Positions 9,966 through 20,053 of a DNA stretch of 64,000 nucleotides are shown here, one piece after another. Within the stretch, counting starts at the first letter, position 1; every line of letters begins with the position of its first letter. A program made the position numbers and the translations under genes. Under the pieces are notes generated by a model, which saw only the letters and a program-made list of their open reading frames with translations, was not told the origin of the DNA and did no database searches. This DNA is from a virus. Location: positions 31,827-95,826 of IMG/VR virus record IMGVR_UViG_3300020731_000012; one strand, written 5' to 3'.

Positions 9966-11560
9966 TAAAGCCTGTAGATCGTATCACTGTAGTCGGAGGC
10001 GGTAGTGCTGGCTGGATGACTGCGGCTATTTTAATCAAGGCGTTTCCTAATAAACAAATTACAGTCATTGAAAGTCCTACAGTACCAATCGTAGGTGTCG
10101 GTGAAAGCACGATCGCACAGATTAACGATTATCTACAATTTTTAGAAATTGACGAACAAGAGTTTATGGCTTATACAGATGCTAGTTATAAACTCAGTAT
10201 CAAGTTTACAGACTTTTACGAAAAAGATTCAGGAGGATTTCATTATCCCTTTGGTGAACCTGTACTAGACGATACAGTAGATGGCATACAGGATTGGTAT
10301 TATAAAAAAGCTCTTTATCCAGAGACTCCTGTACAAGATTTTGTACATAGTTACTATCCTACTGGGTATTTGCTAGATGCCAACAAGTTTAGCACTAACA
10401 GTCAAGGATTTTTTCACAAGTTTGATCCTAAATGGCATGCCGCCTACCATTTTGATGCTACAAAATTTGGTGCGTGGTTACGTGAACACTATTGTATCCC
10501 TAAAGGAGTGGTGCATATTTCTAACGAAGTAGTTGACATAGAATCTAATTCTGATGGAATTGAAGGTCTAGTATTAGACGGCGGTGAATACATTACCGCA
10601 GATTTATTTGTAGATTGCACAGGCTGGAAAAGCATGTTACTTGCAGGTGCTATGCGAGAACCATTTGACAGTTACGAAGACATGTTACCTAACAATCGTG
10701 CATGGGCTACTCGATTACCTTATCAAAATAAAGAATTAGAATTAGAACCTTATACAAATTGTACTGCTATAGAACACGGCTGGGTTTGGAATATACCTCT
10801 ATGGAGCCGTCTCGGTACTGGATATGTCTATAGCGACAAGTATGTTACACCAGAACAGGCATTGGAAGAATTTAAACAACATCTAATGAGCGATAAAGTT
10901 GCTTGTCCTAAAACAAGAGAACAAGTCGATGTATTAGAATATCGAGATATCTCTATGCGTGTAGGTATACACAATCGCACATGGGTAAAGAATGTTGTAG
11001 CTATCGGTCTTAGTGCTGGGTTTATAGAACCTTTAGAAAGTAACGGATTATTCACAGTACATGAATTTCTATTTAAATTGATTAAAACACTAGATCGGCC
11101 AGCAGTCAAACAGTGGGATATCGATGTCTACAATGCCAGTTGCCTACAGATTTTTAGAAACTTTGCAGAATTTGTAGCATTGCACTATGCACTCAGCATA
11201 CGCAACGATACAAACTATTGGATTGCTAACGGAGATAGAACCTATAGTCCAGGATTACCTAGCTTAAAACCTCAACCCTTCCAAGGATTTTATGATCTAC
11301 AGCATAGGAAAATGTTTTCAGGTATCGCTCCTGTAAGTGCAGGCATTACTAGAATTAGCATTGGTATGAACTACATGATTCTAGATCCTACAGCAATACA
11401 GTTAAAACAAAATAGAGATGGGGTTGACTATAAAAAGGTCTATGCTGAAACTTTTAAAATACTTGAAAAGAAAAAGACCTATTGGAAGGCAGCCACCGAT
11501 ATGGAGCCCACACTCTACGAGTATTTAAAAAATACGATTTACAAACATGAAGCAAGCTAG
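9962..11560 (+). CDS. flavin-dependent (tryptophan-halogenase family) halogenase 2
   Basis: GGGSAG, VGVGEST, SYKLSI, AYHFDA, DCTG, GWVWNIP, GTGYVYS, FIEPLESNG; start at ATGA overlap 9962. Confidence 0.92.
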   Translation: MIKPVDRITVVGGGSAGWMTAAILIKAFPNKQITVIESPTVPIVGVGESTIAQINDYLQFLEIDEQEFMAYTDASYKLSIKFTDFYEKDSGGFHYPFGEPVLDDTVDGIQDWYYKKALYPETPVQDFVHSYYPTGYLLDANKFSTNSQGFFHKFDPKWHAAYHFDATKFGAWLREHYCIPKGVVHISNEVVDIESNSDGIEGLVLDGGEYITADLFVDCTGWKSMLLAGAMREPFDSYEDMLPNNRAWATRLPYQNKELELEPYTNCTAIEHGWVWNIPLWSRLGTGYVYSDKYVTPEQALEEFKQHLMSDKVACPKTREQVDVLEYRDISMRVGIHNRTWVKNVVAIGLSAGFIEPLESNGLFTVHEFLFKLIKTLDRPAVKQWDIDVYNASCLQIFRNFAEFVALHYALSIRNDTNYWIANGDRTYSPGLPSLKPQPFQGFYDLQHRKMFSGIAPVSAGITRISIGMNYMILDPTAIQLKQNRDGVDYKKVYAETFKILEKKKTYWKAATDMEPTLYEYLKNTIYKHEAS

Positions 11561-12086
11561 ATTTGTTACACCCACGTGGCATGGCCGCATTGAATTATCA
11601 GATCAAATCATTAAAATGTATAATGAGTGGGTTAAATTTGAACGAGAACTTGACCCCGATGGTGCTGTAGAATCTACCACACAAAATGGCTGGCAATATA
11701 TTTTTAAATACGGTGAACCCGAACCTGATTGGCTAGGATTATTACATCCTGAAATTAATAAAATTAAGGAAGAAATTAAATTTGCAAGATTAAAAAATAT
11801 CTGGGCAGTCGAATATGATAACGGCGGATATCAAGATCCACATTTTCATAATGTAGGTATTGCAAAAGTTGTCACTACAATTATAAATCTGCAGGGCACC
11901 GGCGAAATAATCCTGCAAGAACCTAGACAGTTGGCTATGGCGCAAGGGATCAATTTCGCAGAAACAATTACTTTAAAACCAGGCGAGTGGATGAGTATGC
12001 CTGCATATTTGATTCACAATTCAAAACCTTGTAAAGGTCAGCGTAGTATCTTAGTGATAGATAGTTATGTCAACGATCCACTGTAA
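11547..12086 (+). CDS. 2OG-Fe(II) oxygenase-like protein
   Basis: W...Y..GGYQDPHFH...PAYLIHNS...RS pattern. Confidence 0.7.
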   Translation: MKQARFVTPTWHGRIELSDQIIKMYNEWVKFERELDPDGAVESTTQNGWQYIFKYGEPEPDWLGLLHPEINKIKEEIKFARLKNIWAVEYDNGGYQDPHFHNVGIAKVVTTIINLQGTGEIILQEPRQLAMAQGINFAETITLKPGEWMSMPAYLIHNSKPCKGQRSILVIDSYVNDPL

Positions 12087-12666
12087 ATTTTTTAATCCCA
12101 TACCCATAGCTCGAATACAAGTTGAGCAGGATATACTAGTTAAGGCCGATCAACTTAGTAGAGACTTGTTTACACGTAGTTCTACTGTAGAAGATTATCC
12201 TGTAAACGATTATCTTACTATCCGAGGCGGTGAGCAACGTAGAGTATGGCCATGTGTTGAAGATAGGAATTGGTTAGTTAATTGGATTGAACAACAGGCT
12301 AGAGAATATCAATTAAGTGCAGGCATAGATGCTGAAGACCTAGTGCCTAAAATAGCCAACTGCTGGACTATTACTCAACCAGAAAACAGTTATCAAGTAG
12401 CTCACACTCATCCTTACGGATCGATTTCTGGTAATTTATATTTAGAAGTTCCTGCATTTAATGACAATAGCGCCGAAACCGACGGCTGTATAAGTTTTTT
12501 ATTTGATGCTACTTCAAATCCCAAAGCTTCGAGATTTGTACATGTAACACCTAGTGTAGGAACAATGTTGATATTTCCAAGTTGGATACCGCATTTAGTG
12601 TATCCTTGGCAAGGCACAGGACAGCGTAGAGTTATTGCTTGGGATTGTCAGCTTTTACCCCAGTAA
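12067..12666 (+). CDS. 2OG-Fe(II) oxygenase (TIGR02466-like)
   Basis: YQVAHTHP..ISGNLYL...IFPSWIPHLVYP...RRVIAWD; paralog of 41638..42282. Confidence 0.85.
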   Translation: MSTIHCKFFNPIPIARIQVEQDILVKADQLSRDLFTRSSTVEDYPVNDYLTIRGGEQRRVWPCVEDRNWLVNWIEQQAREYQLSAGIDAEDLVPKIANCWTITQPENSYQVAHTHPYGSISGNLYLEVPAFNDNSAETDGCISFLFDATSNPKASRFVHVTPSVGTMLIFPSWIPHLVYPWQGTGQRRVIAWDCQLLPQ

Positions 12667-13178
12667 AATTTATCACTTTCAAGTGTTCCTATAGCAGGTC
12701 TTCGATCATATTTCCACTCTGCATAAGATCCGTTAGCATCTACCCAGTGTAAAAATACTTGTGTGCATCCTGTACCTTTGTATTCTTCACGCCAGTGAGT
12801 AAGTTCTATTCCAGGATATAATACAGCATCGCCTATTCCAAGCAATACCGGATCACGGTCTTGAAAACACAAGGGCCAACTTTCTCCTCCCACACATAAG
12901 CTCATGCTGTATTCGCAGGCGTTACGGTCGGTGTGCAGAGGCATCGTAGCACCTGTATAATATATTCTCGAATAACTATAAGTTGGATATAATTCTTTTT
13001 GAACTATATTACTAATCTGCGGAGTTAATTTTACAAGTAACTGTTCAGTTTCTAATAACGCATAGGCGCTGAAACTTTTTGGTACTAATCGATCTCCAAT
13101 AGGGCGTTCTCTAGCTCTAATGCTCTTGTCCAATTCTGCACAATCACTTGGACTAATAAGATTTTTTAAAATTTTCAT
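12648..13178 (-). CDS. 2OG-Fe(II) oxygenase
   Basis: PTYSYSRIY..GA.MP.HTDR.ACEYS...GDAVLY.G...HWRE....QVFLHWVD. Confidence 0.8.
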   Translation of the reverse strand: MKILKNLISPSDCAELDKSIRARERPIGDRLVPKSFSAYALLETEQLLVKLTPQISNIVQKELYPTYSYSRIYYTGATMPLHTDRNACEYSMSLCVGGESWPLCFQDRDPVLLGIGDAVLYPGIELTHWREEYKGTGCTQVFLHWVDANGSYAEWKYDRRPAIGTLESDKFYWGKS

Positions 13179-13206
13179 CACCTGTATTTACTTCACTAAA
13201 TATTCC

Positions 13207-13782
13207 ATGATACAAAATGTCTTCTTTACGCCAATATTTGCTCATAATTTTTCGGGTATTGCTTTGAATAAAATACAAGATGAAATTGATAAAGTATTGC
13301 CAGATGTTCGTAGTAAAGAAAATGCAAGCCCATGGGGCGATGCAGTAACAACAACATTTAATTTTGAAAAAGTTAACGATGTAGAAACATACAAACTAGA
13401 CATCTTTAAAGAGGCAGTGGGGTGGGCTATAAAAGAATACGCTAGAGAAATAAACTATCCAAATCCGATTTTTAAAATGAGCGAAAGTTGGTTTAACTTT
13501 TGTAAAAAAGGCGGCTTTCAGTATGACCACAGCCATCCTCGCAGTCGCATAAGCGGAGTATACTATTACCAGTCCAATGGTGACGACGGTAAAATACGTT
13601 TTCAAAATCCTAATCCTAATATTAATTTTAGTTATTTTCCAGCAGATGGTACTGATATAGATGCAGTAAGTTATCGACCTGCTGTAGGTAGACTATTGTT
13701 ATTCCCTAGTTGGTTATCTCACAGAGTTAATATAAACACAACTGATCATGAAAGAATCAGTATCGCATTTAATTTGGAGTAA
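13207..13782 (+). CDS. 2OG-Fe(II) oxygenase (TIGR02466-like)
   Basis: SWFN...GGFQYDHSHP...SGVYY...LFPSWLSHRV...RISIAFN; start reassigned to ATG 13207 (4 nt after TAAATA). Confidence 0.88.
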   Translation: MIQNVFFTPIFAHNFSGIALNKIQDEIDKVLPDVRSKENASPWGDAVTTTFNFEKVNDVETYKLDIFKEAVGWAIKEYAREINYPNPIFKMSESWFNFCKKGGFQYDHSHPRSRISGVYYYQSNGDDGKIRFQNPNPNINFSYFPADGTDIDAVSYRPAVGRLLLFPSWLSHRVNINTTDHERISIAFNLE

Positions 13783-13784
13783 TT

Positions 13785-14369
13785 ATGCCTGTTGAATATT
13801 GGTTTCCTACTCCTGTTTTTGTACGCGATCTCGAAGGAGACGAACTTCAAACTGTACAAGCTGAAATTGAGCAGGTACTTCCGCAGATTAGATCCAGATC
13901 TACACCTGCTATAACCGGAGGTGCAATGCTGACTACCTTCTTTTGGGGTAACGGTAATGCGCACGACATTGCCAAATATAATCTAATAAATTTAAAACAG
14001 GCAATACGTCGAGCTGTGGATGACTATACAGTTGCTATAAATTATAAAGGTCCGCCTTTTCAGTTCGGGGGATCTTGGTTTAATCTCAGCAGTCGAGGAG
14101 GAACACATTTTGATCATGTACATCCTTACACTAGAATAGCAGGAACTTACTATTATCAAACTAATGAAACCGATGGTAATTTAAAATTACAGAATCCCAA
14201 TCCATTGATGCACATGGGTGCGTTTCCAGCAGATGAAAGTCCGCAAGAAAGTTTAAAATTTCCTCCTAAAGCTGGAAGATTAATACTGTTTCCCTGCTGG
14301 TTAACTCACAGGGTAGAAATGAATGAAACTGATCATGAGCGCATTAGTATAGCGTTTAATATAAACTAA
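13785..14369 (+). CDS. 2OG-Fe(II) oxygenase (TIGR02466-like), tandem paralog of previous gene
   Basis: SWFN...HFDHVHP...GTYYYQ...LFPCWLTHRV...TDHERISIAFN. Confidence 0.88.
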   Translation: MPVEYWFPTPVFVRDLEGDELQTVQAEIEQVLPQIRSRSTPAITGGAMLTTFFWGNGNAHDIAKYNLINLKQAIRRAVDDYTVAINYKGPPFQFGGSWFNLSSRGGTHFDHVHPYTRIAGTYYYQTNETDGNLKLQNPNPLMHMGAFPADESPQESLKFPPKAGRLILFPCWLTHRVEMNETDHERISIAFNIN

Positions 14370-14875
14370 TGATTAAATTTATAGAAGATATTACTCTGCT
14401 AGAATTAACTGCTAGAAAGTATATGTTGTCTGGCATAGACAACAGTAAACTGGCTAAAGAAGTGCTACAACATATAGACGTTAGAGTAAGCCAAGATCCC
14501 AATAGCGGTCTTAGCGAAGACAGTCTGTTTGAAATACCAGAAGGCAGTGAAGGATTAAAACTAGTAAATCTAGTAAATGAAATAGCCGCTGAAAAAGGAC
14601 TGGTCAATACTAGTCAATGGGGGCAAATACATCGTCCATTAGAAAGTACTAACACTCATCATCATGGAGATAGTCCATTTGCTTGGACTTACTATGTTCA
14701 AATACCCCCAGGTGCAGGCGCATTGACATTTTGGTTTTTAGATAGGTTTAGGCACTCAATCGCACCAGAAGAAGGATCACTCATAATCTTTCCAGGATGG
14801 ATGAATCATTCGGTAAGTAAAAATAGAGGCACTGGCACACGAATCAGTGTTGCTGGAAATTTGGAGAAAAAATAG
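14369..14875 (+). CDS. 2OG-Fe(II) oxygenase
   Basis: WGQIH...TNTHHH...YYV...IFPGWMNHSV...RISVAGN. Confidence 0.8.
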   Translation: MIKFIEDITLLELTARKYMLSGIDNSKLAKEVLQHIDVRVSQDPNSGLSEDSLFEIPEGSEGLKLVNLVNEIAAEKGLVNTSQWGQIHRPLESTNTHHHGDSPFAWTYYVQIPPGAGALTFWFLDRFRHSIAPEEGSLIIFPGWMNHSVSKNRGTGTRISVAGNLEKK

Positions 14876-15930
14876 TGGAAATTTTTAATTATTTAGATGA
14901 CGAGATTTATCTTTTTGTCTTAATATCGATCATGGTAGTTAGCGGTATAGCTAAAGAACAAAATCTATTTGCCGGTACCTATGGATTTTTAAAAAGTAAA
15001 TTTAAGAGTAACAGATTAGTTATCATGTTGCTGAGTTTCGTATCGGGTATACTGCCAATTGAAGGTCGTGCTACAGTGTCAGCAGGTATATTAGATACGG
15101 CGACTGGCGTGAACGGTGATAATGCCAGCCGCAAAAAATTAGGTATTATCGATTTCTTAACCACTCATCATTTTTACATGTGGAGTCCGATTGAAAAACC
15201 CGTACTGCTACCTATGGCGGCTTTTGGTATTGGATATGCCGCATGGTTAGGCATGCTGGCGCCATTGATTGCTGTCAGCTTCCTGTTTATTGTACTGTAC
15301 TGTTGGTTAGCGGTAGATGAGAACGAAGTAGTGATTGCAGAATGTCCAGAGTCTACAGGATTCTTAGACTTTGCAAAAAATACACTGCCATTCTTGGCAG
15401 CCATTGTGGCCTATATGCTGATGGGCGGCGAAGGTCCCGAAGCAGTATTTCCAGTATTTGGTGCATTACTAGTATATTATATACTAATCACTCGATCGTT
15501 TGATATTAAAAAGTTAAACAGTTATATTAATTGGACTACAGTGGCTATCGTTGCTGTAGTATTTGCGAGCTCGGGATATATGCAAGAGCATCGCGCTTGG
15601 ATTGAAGAAGCTGTTAAGAGCATAGGATTAGATATGCACACATTTAAAGGTGTGTTCTTTATCAGTTTACTAACATTCTTAGCCAGTTTCTCAATGGGCA
15701 GTGACGGCAAATTTGCCGCACTGACTGTGCTAATGACAAGTGCCTTTGGTAGGGAATACCTACTTTGGTTCTTTGCATTAGACTATTGTGGTTACTTGCT
15801 GACCCCAATGCACGAATGTGTAATGATTGGTAAGCGTTATTTTGGAACAACTCTTACTACTTACTACACAGCACTAATCGGATGGGCTTTATTGCTCGTT
15901 TCGGTTGCAGGAGTTTTTACATTCCTGTAA
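14875..15930 (+). CDS. multi-pass inner-membrane transporter (ion-transporter/DUF401-like)
   Basis: About 9-10 hydrophobic segments; SGILPIEG and GYLLTPMHECV motifs resemble the DUF401/IT superfamily. Confidence 0.65.
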   Translation: MEIFNYLDDEIYLFVLISIMVVSGIAKEQNLFAGTYGFLKSKFKSNRLVIMLLSFVSGILPIEGRATVSAGILDTATGVNGDNASRKKLGIIDFLTTHHFYMWSPIEKPVLLPMAAFGIGYAAWLGMLAPLIAVSFLFIVLYCWLAVDENEVVIAECPESTGFLDFAKNTLPFLAAIVAYMLMGGEGPEAVFPVFGALLVYYILITRSFDIKKLNSYINWTTVAIVAVVFASSGYMQEHRAWIEEAVKSIGLDMHTFKGVFFISLLTFLASFSMGSDGKFAALTVLMTSAFGREYLLWFFALDYCGYLLTPMHECVMIGKRYFGTTLTTYYTALIGWALLLVSVAGVFTFL

Positions 15931-15966
15931 AATGACAGAGTTACACTTAATTAAGGAGATTTATAA

Positions 15967-16560
15967 GTGAATAAGATGTTAACATTAATTTTTGCCGCAT
16001 TATTGAGCGGTACAGCACTAGCTGAAACAGGTATCAGCACTGAGTTTGAACGTGAGCGTGGCACACAAGCCCCAAACACAATGACAAACACAATCAAGAT
16101 TGCACCATATGTCAAGTTTGACAACGGTGTTAAAGCCGACATTCAAGTAGGTGCTAGCCGTGATGATGGTTCTGTTAGCGGTAATAAAAACCCAATTGAG
16201 AATACAGCAGAAGCTCGTGTTCAAAAATTGTATGAAGTTTACCCAGGCTTGCACCTAGGTGGACGTTTGGGTCTAGGTGAAGTATTCAACGGTGTTAATT
16301 CTGCTGGTAACACAGTAGACTTTGGCTACTACACAGTAGAACCAAAAGCTGAATACTTTATCACTGACAAATTGTCTGCGTTAGCTAGTTGGAGATTCCG
16401 TGATTCATTTGCAGATAACAACAACTATCTAACACGCACTTGGAAAGCTGGTTTCGGTTATGACGTTACTAAGAAAGACTTAGTTGAAGTCAAGTACTTC
16501 CAAAACCGCGGTGACGAAAAGACTAATGGTGTTGCTCTAGAGTACACACGCGGTTTCTAA
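15967..16560 (+). CDS. outer-membrane beta-barrel porin
   Basis: Signal peptide MNKMLTLIFAALLSGTALA, alternating amphipathic beta strands, C-terminal Y-x-x-x-F BAM signal; AAGGAGA RBS. Confidence 0.8.
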   Translation: MNKMLTLIFAALLSGTALAETGISTEFERERGTQAPNTMTNTIKIAPYVKFDNGVKADIQVGASRDDGSVSGNKNPIENTAEARVQKLYEVYPGLHLGGRLGLGEVFNGVNSAGNTVDFGYYTVEPKAEYFITDKLSALASWRFRDSFADNNNYLTRTWKAGFGYDVTKKDLVEVKYFQNRGDEKTNGVALEYTRGF

Positions 16561-16577
16561 TCTAATTAGAACCCAAT

Positions 16578-16604
16578 AAAAAAGGACCTTCGGGTCCTTT
16601 TTTT
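16578..16604. terminator. bidirectional intrinsic terminator
   Basis: AAAAAAGGACC-TTCG-GGTCCTTTTTTT between convergent genes. Confidence 0.9.
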
Positions 16605-17052
16605 ATATTAGATCAACGAGATCAAACACAGTTTGTAGTTTAGTTCTTATAGTTTTATTTGAAAAACTATTACGCAGGCCTTGATGTAATGGTTTAGGAG
16701 CACGATCCATTATTGCCCAAGCCCAAGCAGAGTGTTCGTCACTAAGAGTTGGGATAAATTCGTTTTCTATTACGCACAAATAAGTATGGAAATTAAAAAC
16801 ATTGTCATTACTTACAAATGTTTCTAACGGAATAGTTTTAATTATTGAAGGAACAAAGCCTAATTCTTCTTGTATTTCGCGTTGTAGACCCTGCCAAGGT
16901 GTTTCTCCCTCGATAGTAGTACCACCTACAAGCCCCCAGGTGCCTTCGTGTTTGCCATGGGCTTTTTGTAATAACAAGAAACGTCGTGTAGATTTAGCGT
17001 AGAACAATGCTCCGCTACATACTATGCGTTCTGTTATAACTCTAGTCTCCAT
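16603..17052 (-). CDS. NUDIX hydrolase
   Basis: WGLVGG.....ETPWQGLQREIQEELG Nudix box; LSDEHSAWAW. Confidence 0.9.
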   Translation of the reverse strand: METRVITERIVCSGALFYAKSTRRFLLLQKAHGKHEGTWGLVGGTTIEGETPWQGLQREIQEELGFVPSIIKTIPLETFVSNDNVFNFHTYLCVIENEFIPTLSDEHSAWAWAIMDRAPKPLHQGLRNSFSNKTIRTKLQTVFDLVDLI

Positions 17053-18539
17053 GATCCTGTAGGATATTCACCTTCAAAGCTCTTTGTCCATGAAACTCCG
17101 TTCCATAGATACTGTACTCCAGTGTATATATTAGTTTGCCACACCATGGTACTTGCTTCTTGAGCATGTGAAAATATAACATGCCATCCTGTGCCTGTAT
17201 ATTCTATGATATCGTTGGCCTTAGCGACTAGTGTTCCCCATACTGATGAATAGTTTGTAGCAGACGCTCCAGGTGTTGCGCCAGTCCATTGATTGTCTTT
17301 AATGTTAGCAGTTGAACCGATATCTTCAATAATCAGATATCTAGTACCGGCAGCTGGACTTGTTGGAGTGTAGGTTAACGGGTTGATAATAGCATCAAAT
17401 GTTCCAGGACTGTTAGGTCGATAGCTGGCAGCCGCATTATAACCTGCCATATAATCAAATACACCTGAACTGTCTATACCAGTGTTAGACACTAGTGTAT
17501 CACGGTCCCAGTTGACAATCATAATAGTTGAATCAACTGGATTTAGTGCTACAGTTCCAACTATTTCTGTGCCGTTGCTTTGTGTTAAGAACAATCTACT
17601 TGAGCCTGCTGTGAATTTTCCAGGATATTGGCCAAGTGCTATGTTCCAATCAATCGGAGCACCATTACGAACAGGTATATCTAGAGTAGGTTCACGCGGT
17701 GTAAATCCTTCTGTTGGGCTGAGTATAACTGCTTGTCCATTATAAACTTGTAGGATGTAGTCAGTAATAGTCGTGATATTTTCAGCTAGTAGATCAGAGA
17801 AACTGCTAGTTCCTATAGATCCTGCCGGATCTTCTCCAAGTCCTTCGATATAGCCAGTAGGTGAAGTGTCTGTCGAGCCCCAAAGGCTGGTAACAATCTT
17901 AGTGATAACGCCAAGGTGTTTGACTTTGACTGGCGGACTGATCCAAATACCTGTATCCACAGTCAATGTAGAAATATCGATCGGAGTATCTGTGCCTACA
18001 GGAACTGTTCTTGAATCCCAGTTAATGTCTGTAAGGTTTAATACACTCAAACTGGTCCAGTCGATATAGTTGTCAGTGGTTTGTAATTCTAAACTAGGAT
18101 TAAACAATACCAATATTTGTTCTAGTATTTGTAATCGTTGATCAGTGTTGGCAGTCCAAATGTCTACTTTCATAGTGAGTTTAAAAGGAGTCGGCATTAG
18201 ACGTTCTACTGTGTAGTTACGTCCTTGACCGCTGGTATAATTTTGACCAGTTTGATCAAAATCTCTTTCACGGAAATGCATTTTGCTGACAAAAGTAGCA
18301 TCACTAGTACGTTCACGATCTAGTGCAAGTTGACTTACATACACACTGATACGTGGTACAGAGTTAACTTTGTTTTCAGAGTTGTTACGAATAATACTGG
18401 CCACTGCACGGTCAGCATCTCCATACATTACAGGAACACGTACAAGAGTTCCGTCTCCATATTTGACCGTAAAGTTACTGAACACACGTATTGTTTGTGT
18501 GATATATCTTCTTATTTGACCATCATAAAACCATAACAT
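17034..18539 (-). CDS. gp15: tail terminator/sheath stabiliser (T4 gp15-like) with C-terminal extension
   Basis: FYDGQIRRY...F......VPVMYG...PRIS...P.PF.L....DIW......LQILEQIL..FNP; adjacent to gp14/gp13 homologs. Confidence 0.8.
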   Translation of the reverse strand: MLWFYDGQIRRYITQTIRVFSNFTVKYGDGTLVRVPVMYGDADRAVASIIRNNSENKVNSVPRISVYVSQLALDRERTSDATFVSKMHFRERDFDQTGQNYTSGQGRNYTVERLMPTPFKLTMKVDIWTANTDQRLQILEQILVLFNPSLELQTTDNYIDWTSLSVLNLTDINWDSRTVPVGTDTPIDISTLTVDTGIWISPPVKVKHLGVITKIVTSLWGSTDTSPTGYIEGLGEDPAGSIGTSSFSDLLAENITTITDYILQVYNGQAVILSPTEGFTPREPTLDIPVRNGAPIDWNIALGQYPGKFTAGSSRLFLTQSNGTEIVGTVALNPVDSTIMIVNWDRDTLVSNTGIDSSGVFDYMAGYNAAASYRPNSPGTFDAIINPLTYTPTSPAAGTRYLIIEDIGSTANIKDNQWTGATPGASATNYSSVWGTLVAKANDIIEYTGTGWHVIFSHAQEASTMVWQTNIYTGVQYLWNGVSWTKSFEGEYPTGSWRLEL

Positions 18540-20011
18540 TAGAAATCCGCCTTAGGTTTAAGAGCTGAAGACAGGCTTTGTCTCTGAGCTTCTTTATAGT
18601 TATACAATGTTACAGCCCATACGCCTGCAAATGGAATTGTTTGTTGTACAGAATTAATCACAGGCAGTGTAATTTTAAGTTTAGAAGACTGCACACCGAT
18701 CGGGTCAGTATATGTGTACTGACTTAACATGCTGGTATAAACTGTAGTGTCAAAATCTAATACCTGTGTATCTAATTTTAATACAACATATGGTGCTGTA
18801 GTATAAGGTATTAGTGTGAATATTACTGTAGTGCCAGCTGTAATATATCCGTTAGGCTCGCCGGTGATTTGTGTAGGATTATGACTGAATCCTGTAGCCA
18901 CCTCATCATTATATGTGGCCGCAGTATTGTTGATAAATCCTGTTTTGAGAGTGTTGCGAGTATCGTTATTAGTCATATTCATGCGAACAGCGTCCTCTAC
19001 TTTGACCCAACGAGTACTGTCAAATCGGAACAGTCTGTTAGGCATGAAATCTGTGCGTAGGAAAAAGTCGTTGTCTGTAGGCGCTGCCGGAAATTGTATA
19101 CCAAAACCAAATGCATATCCGTTTTGAGGATAGCCATCGCCGATTAGATAACCGGTATAACCAGTACGTGGAGGTATGCCTACAGTAGTATCTGCTGTAA
19201 CATTTCCAACTGTACTGGCATCAATAGTAGCATCATCCGCAGTTTCAAGTACAGGAACGCCTTTGTCGTCAACAGCTAGTGTGTAAAACTGTCTAGTTTC
19301 GTAACCACTCTTAGGAGCATCTGCTTCAGCTTGTGCTACAACAGTGTCGTTAATAGACAGCTCTTGGTTGTGCGTACTTAATAGGTCGCGCAGAGTAGTG
19401 TTGGCCACTGGATCACCGTTGGCATCAACTGCTGGCTGATTAAAGATCTGTGCAAACTGTTGGTTGTCTACTACCTTCTTACACTTTAATCTGTACAAAT
19501 GTGGATACCAAGTAGAACTGAAACCTTCTGAAGCACGACCTACATCTTCAATAACATAATAGCGAGGCAGTCCTACGCTGAAATTATTGAGTGCAAAATC
19601 ATCACGCAAATGCGGCAATTCAAAAACATCGCCTGAAATAGGTTTACGGCCTATAGTATTAATAATATCGTTGATATGCACAGTCATGTAGATTGTGTCA
19701 TTGTCAATAAACAGGCCAAACTGACTTAGGTTAAAGTCAATGTTCGACACGCTGTAATGTCCTCGTAATCTGTAGATCTGCGTATCATATGCGCGATCTC
19801 GATTTTCTAAAAACAGTAGATCTTGTATGTTGGCCACGTTTTGTGTACCATATACGGGCTGATCAGCACTTTGCGTAACACCCTGGTTAGGTCCTAGGTA
19901 TTTGTGTAGGTACAAATCAGTACCTCCAACTTGAAACATTTCACTGGCCTGACGGTCCATGAACTTGTAATCAAGCCCTTTTTCTGGTTTATATAAAGAT
20001 AATCGTGGCAT
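18539..20011 (-). CDS. gp14: neck/head-closure protein (T4 gp14-like)
   Basis: LSQFGLF..ND......H.......GRKP.SGDV.ELP...YYVIEDV...W..HLYRLKC; start set at ATG 20011 (5 nt after TAAATA). Confidence 0.7.
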   Translation of the reverse strand: MPRLSLYKPEKGLDYKFMDRQASEMFQVGGTDLYLHKYLGPNQGVTQSADQPVYGTQNVANIQDLLFLENRDRAYDTQIYRLRGHYSVSNIDFNLSQFGLFIDNDTIYMTVHINDIINTIGRKPISGDVFELPHLRDDFALNNFSVGLPRYYVIEDVGRASEGFSSTWYPHLYRLKCKKVVDNQQFAQIFNQPAVDANGDPVANTTLRDLLSTHNQELSINDTVVAQAEADAPKSGYETRQFYTLAVDDKGVPVLETADDATIDASTVGNVTADTTVGIPPRTGYTGYLIGDGYPQNGYAFGFGIQFPAAPTDNDFFLRTDFMPNRLFRFDSTRWVKVEDAVRMNMTNNDTRNTLKTGFINNTAATYNDEVATGFSHNPTQITGEPNGYITAGTTVIFTLIPYTTAPYVVLKLDTQVLDFDTTVYTSMLSQYTYTDPIGVQSSKLKITLPVINSVQQTIPFAGVWAVTLYNYKEAQRQSLSSALKPKADF

Positions 20012-20053
20012 AATCATATTTAGCTAGGATAAATATACTTGGAGAGCAAAAAT

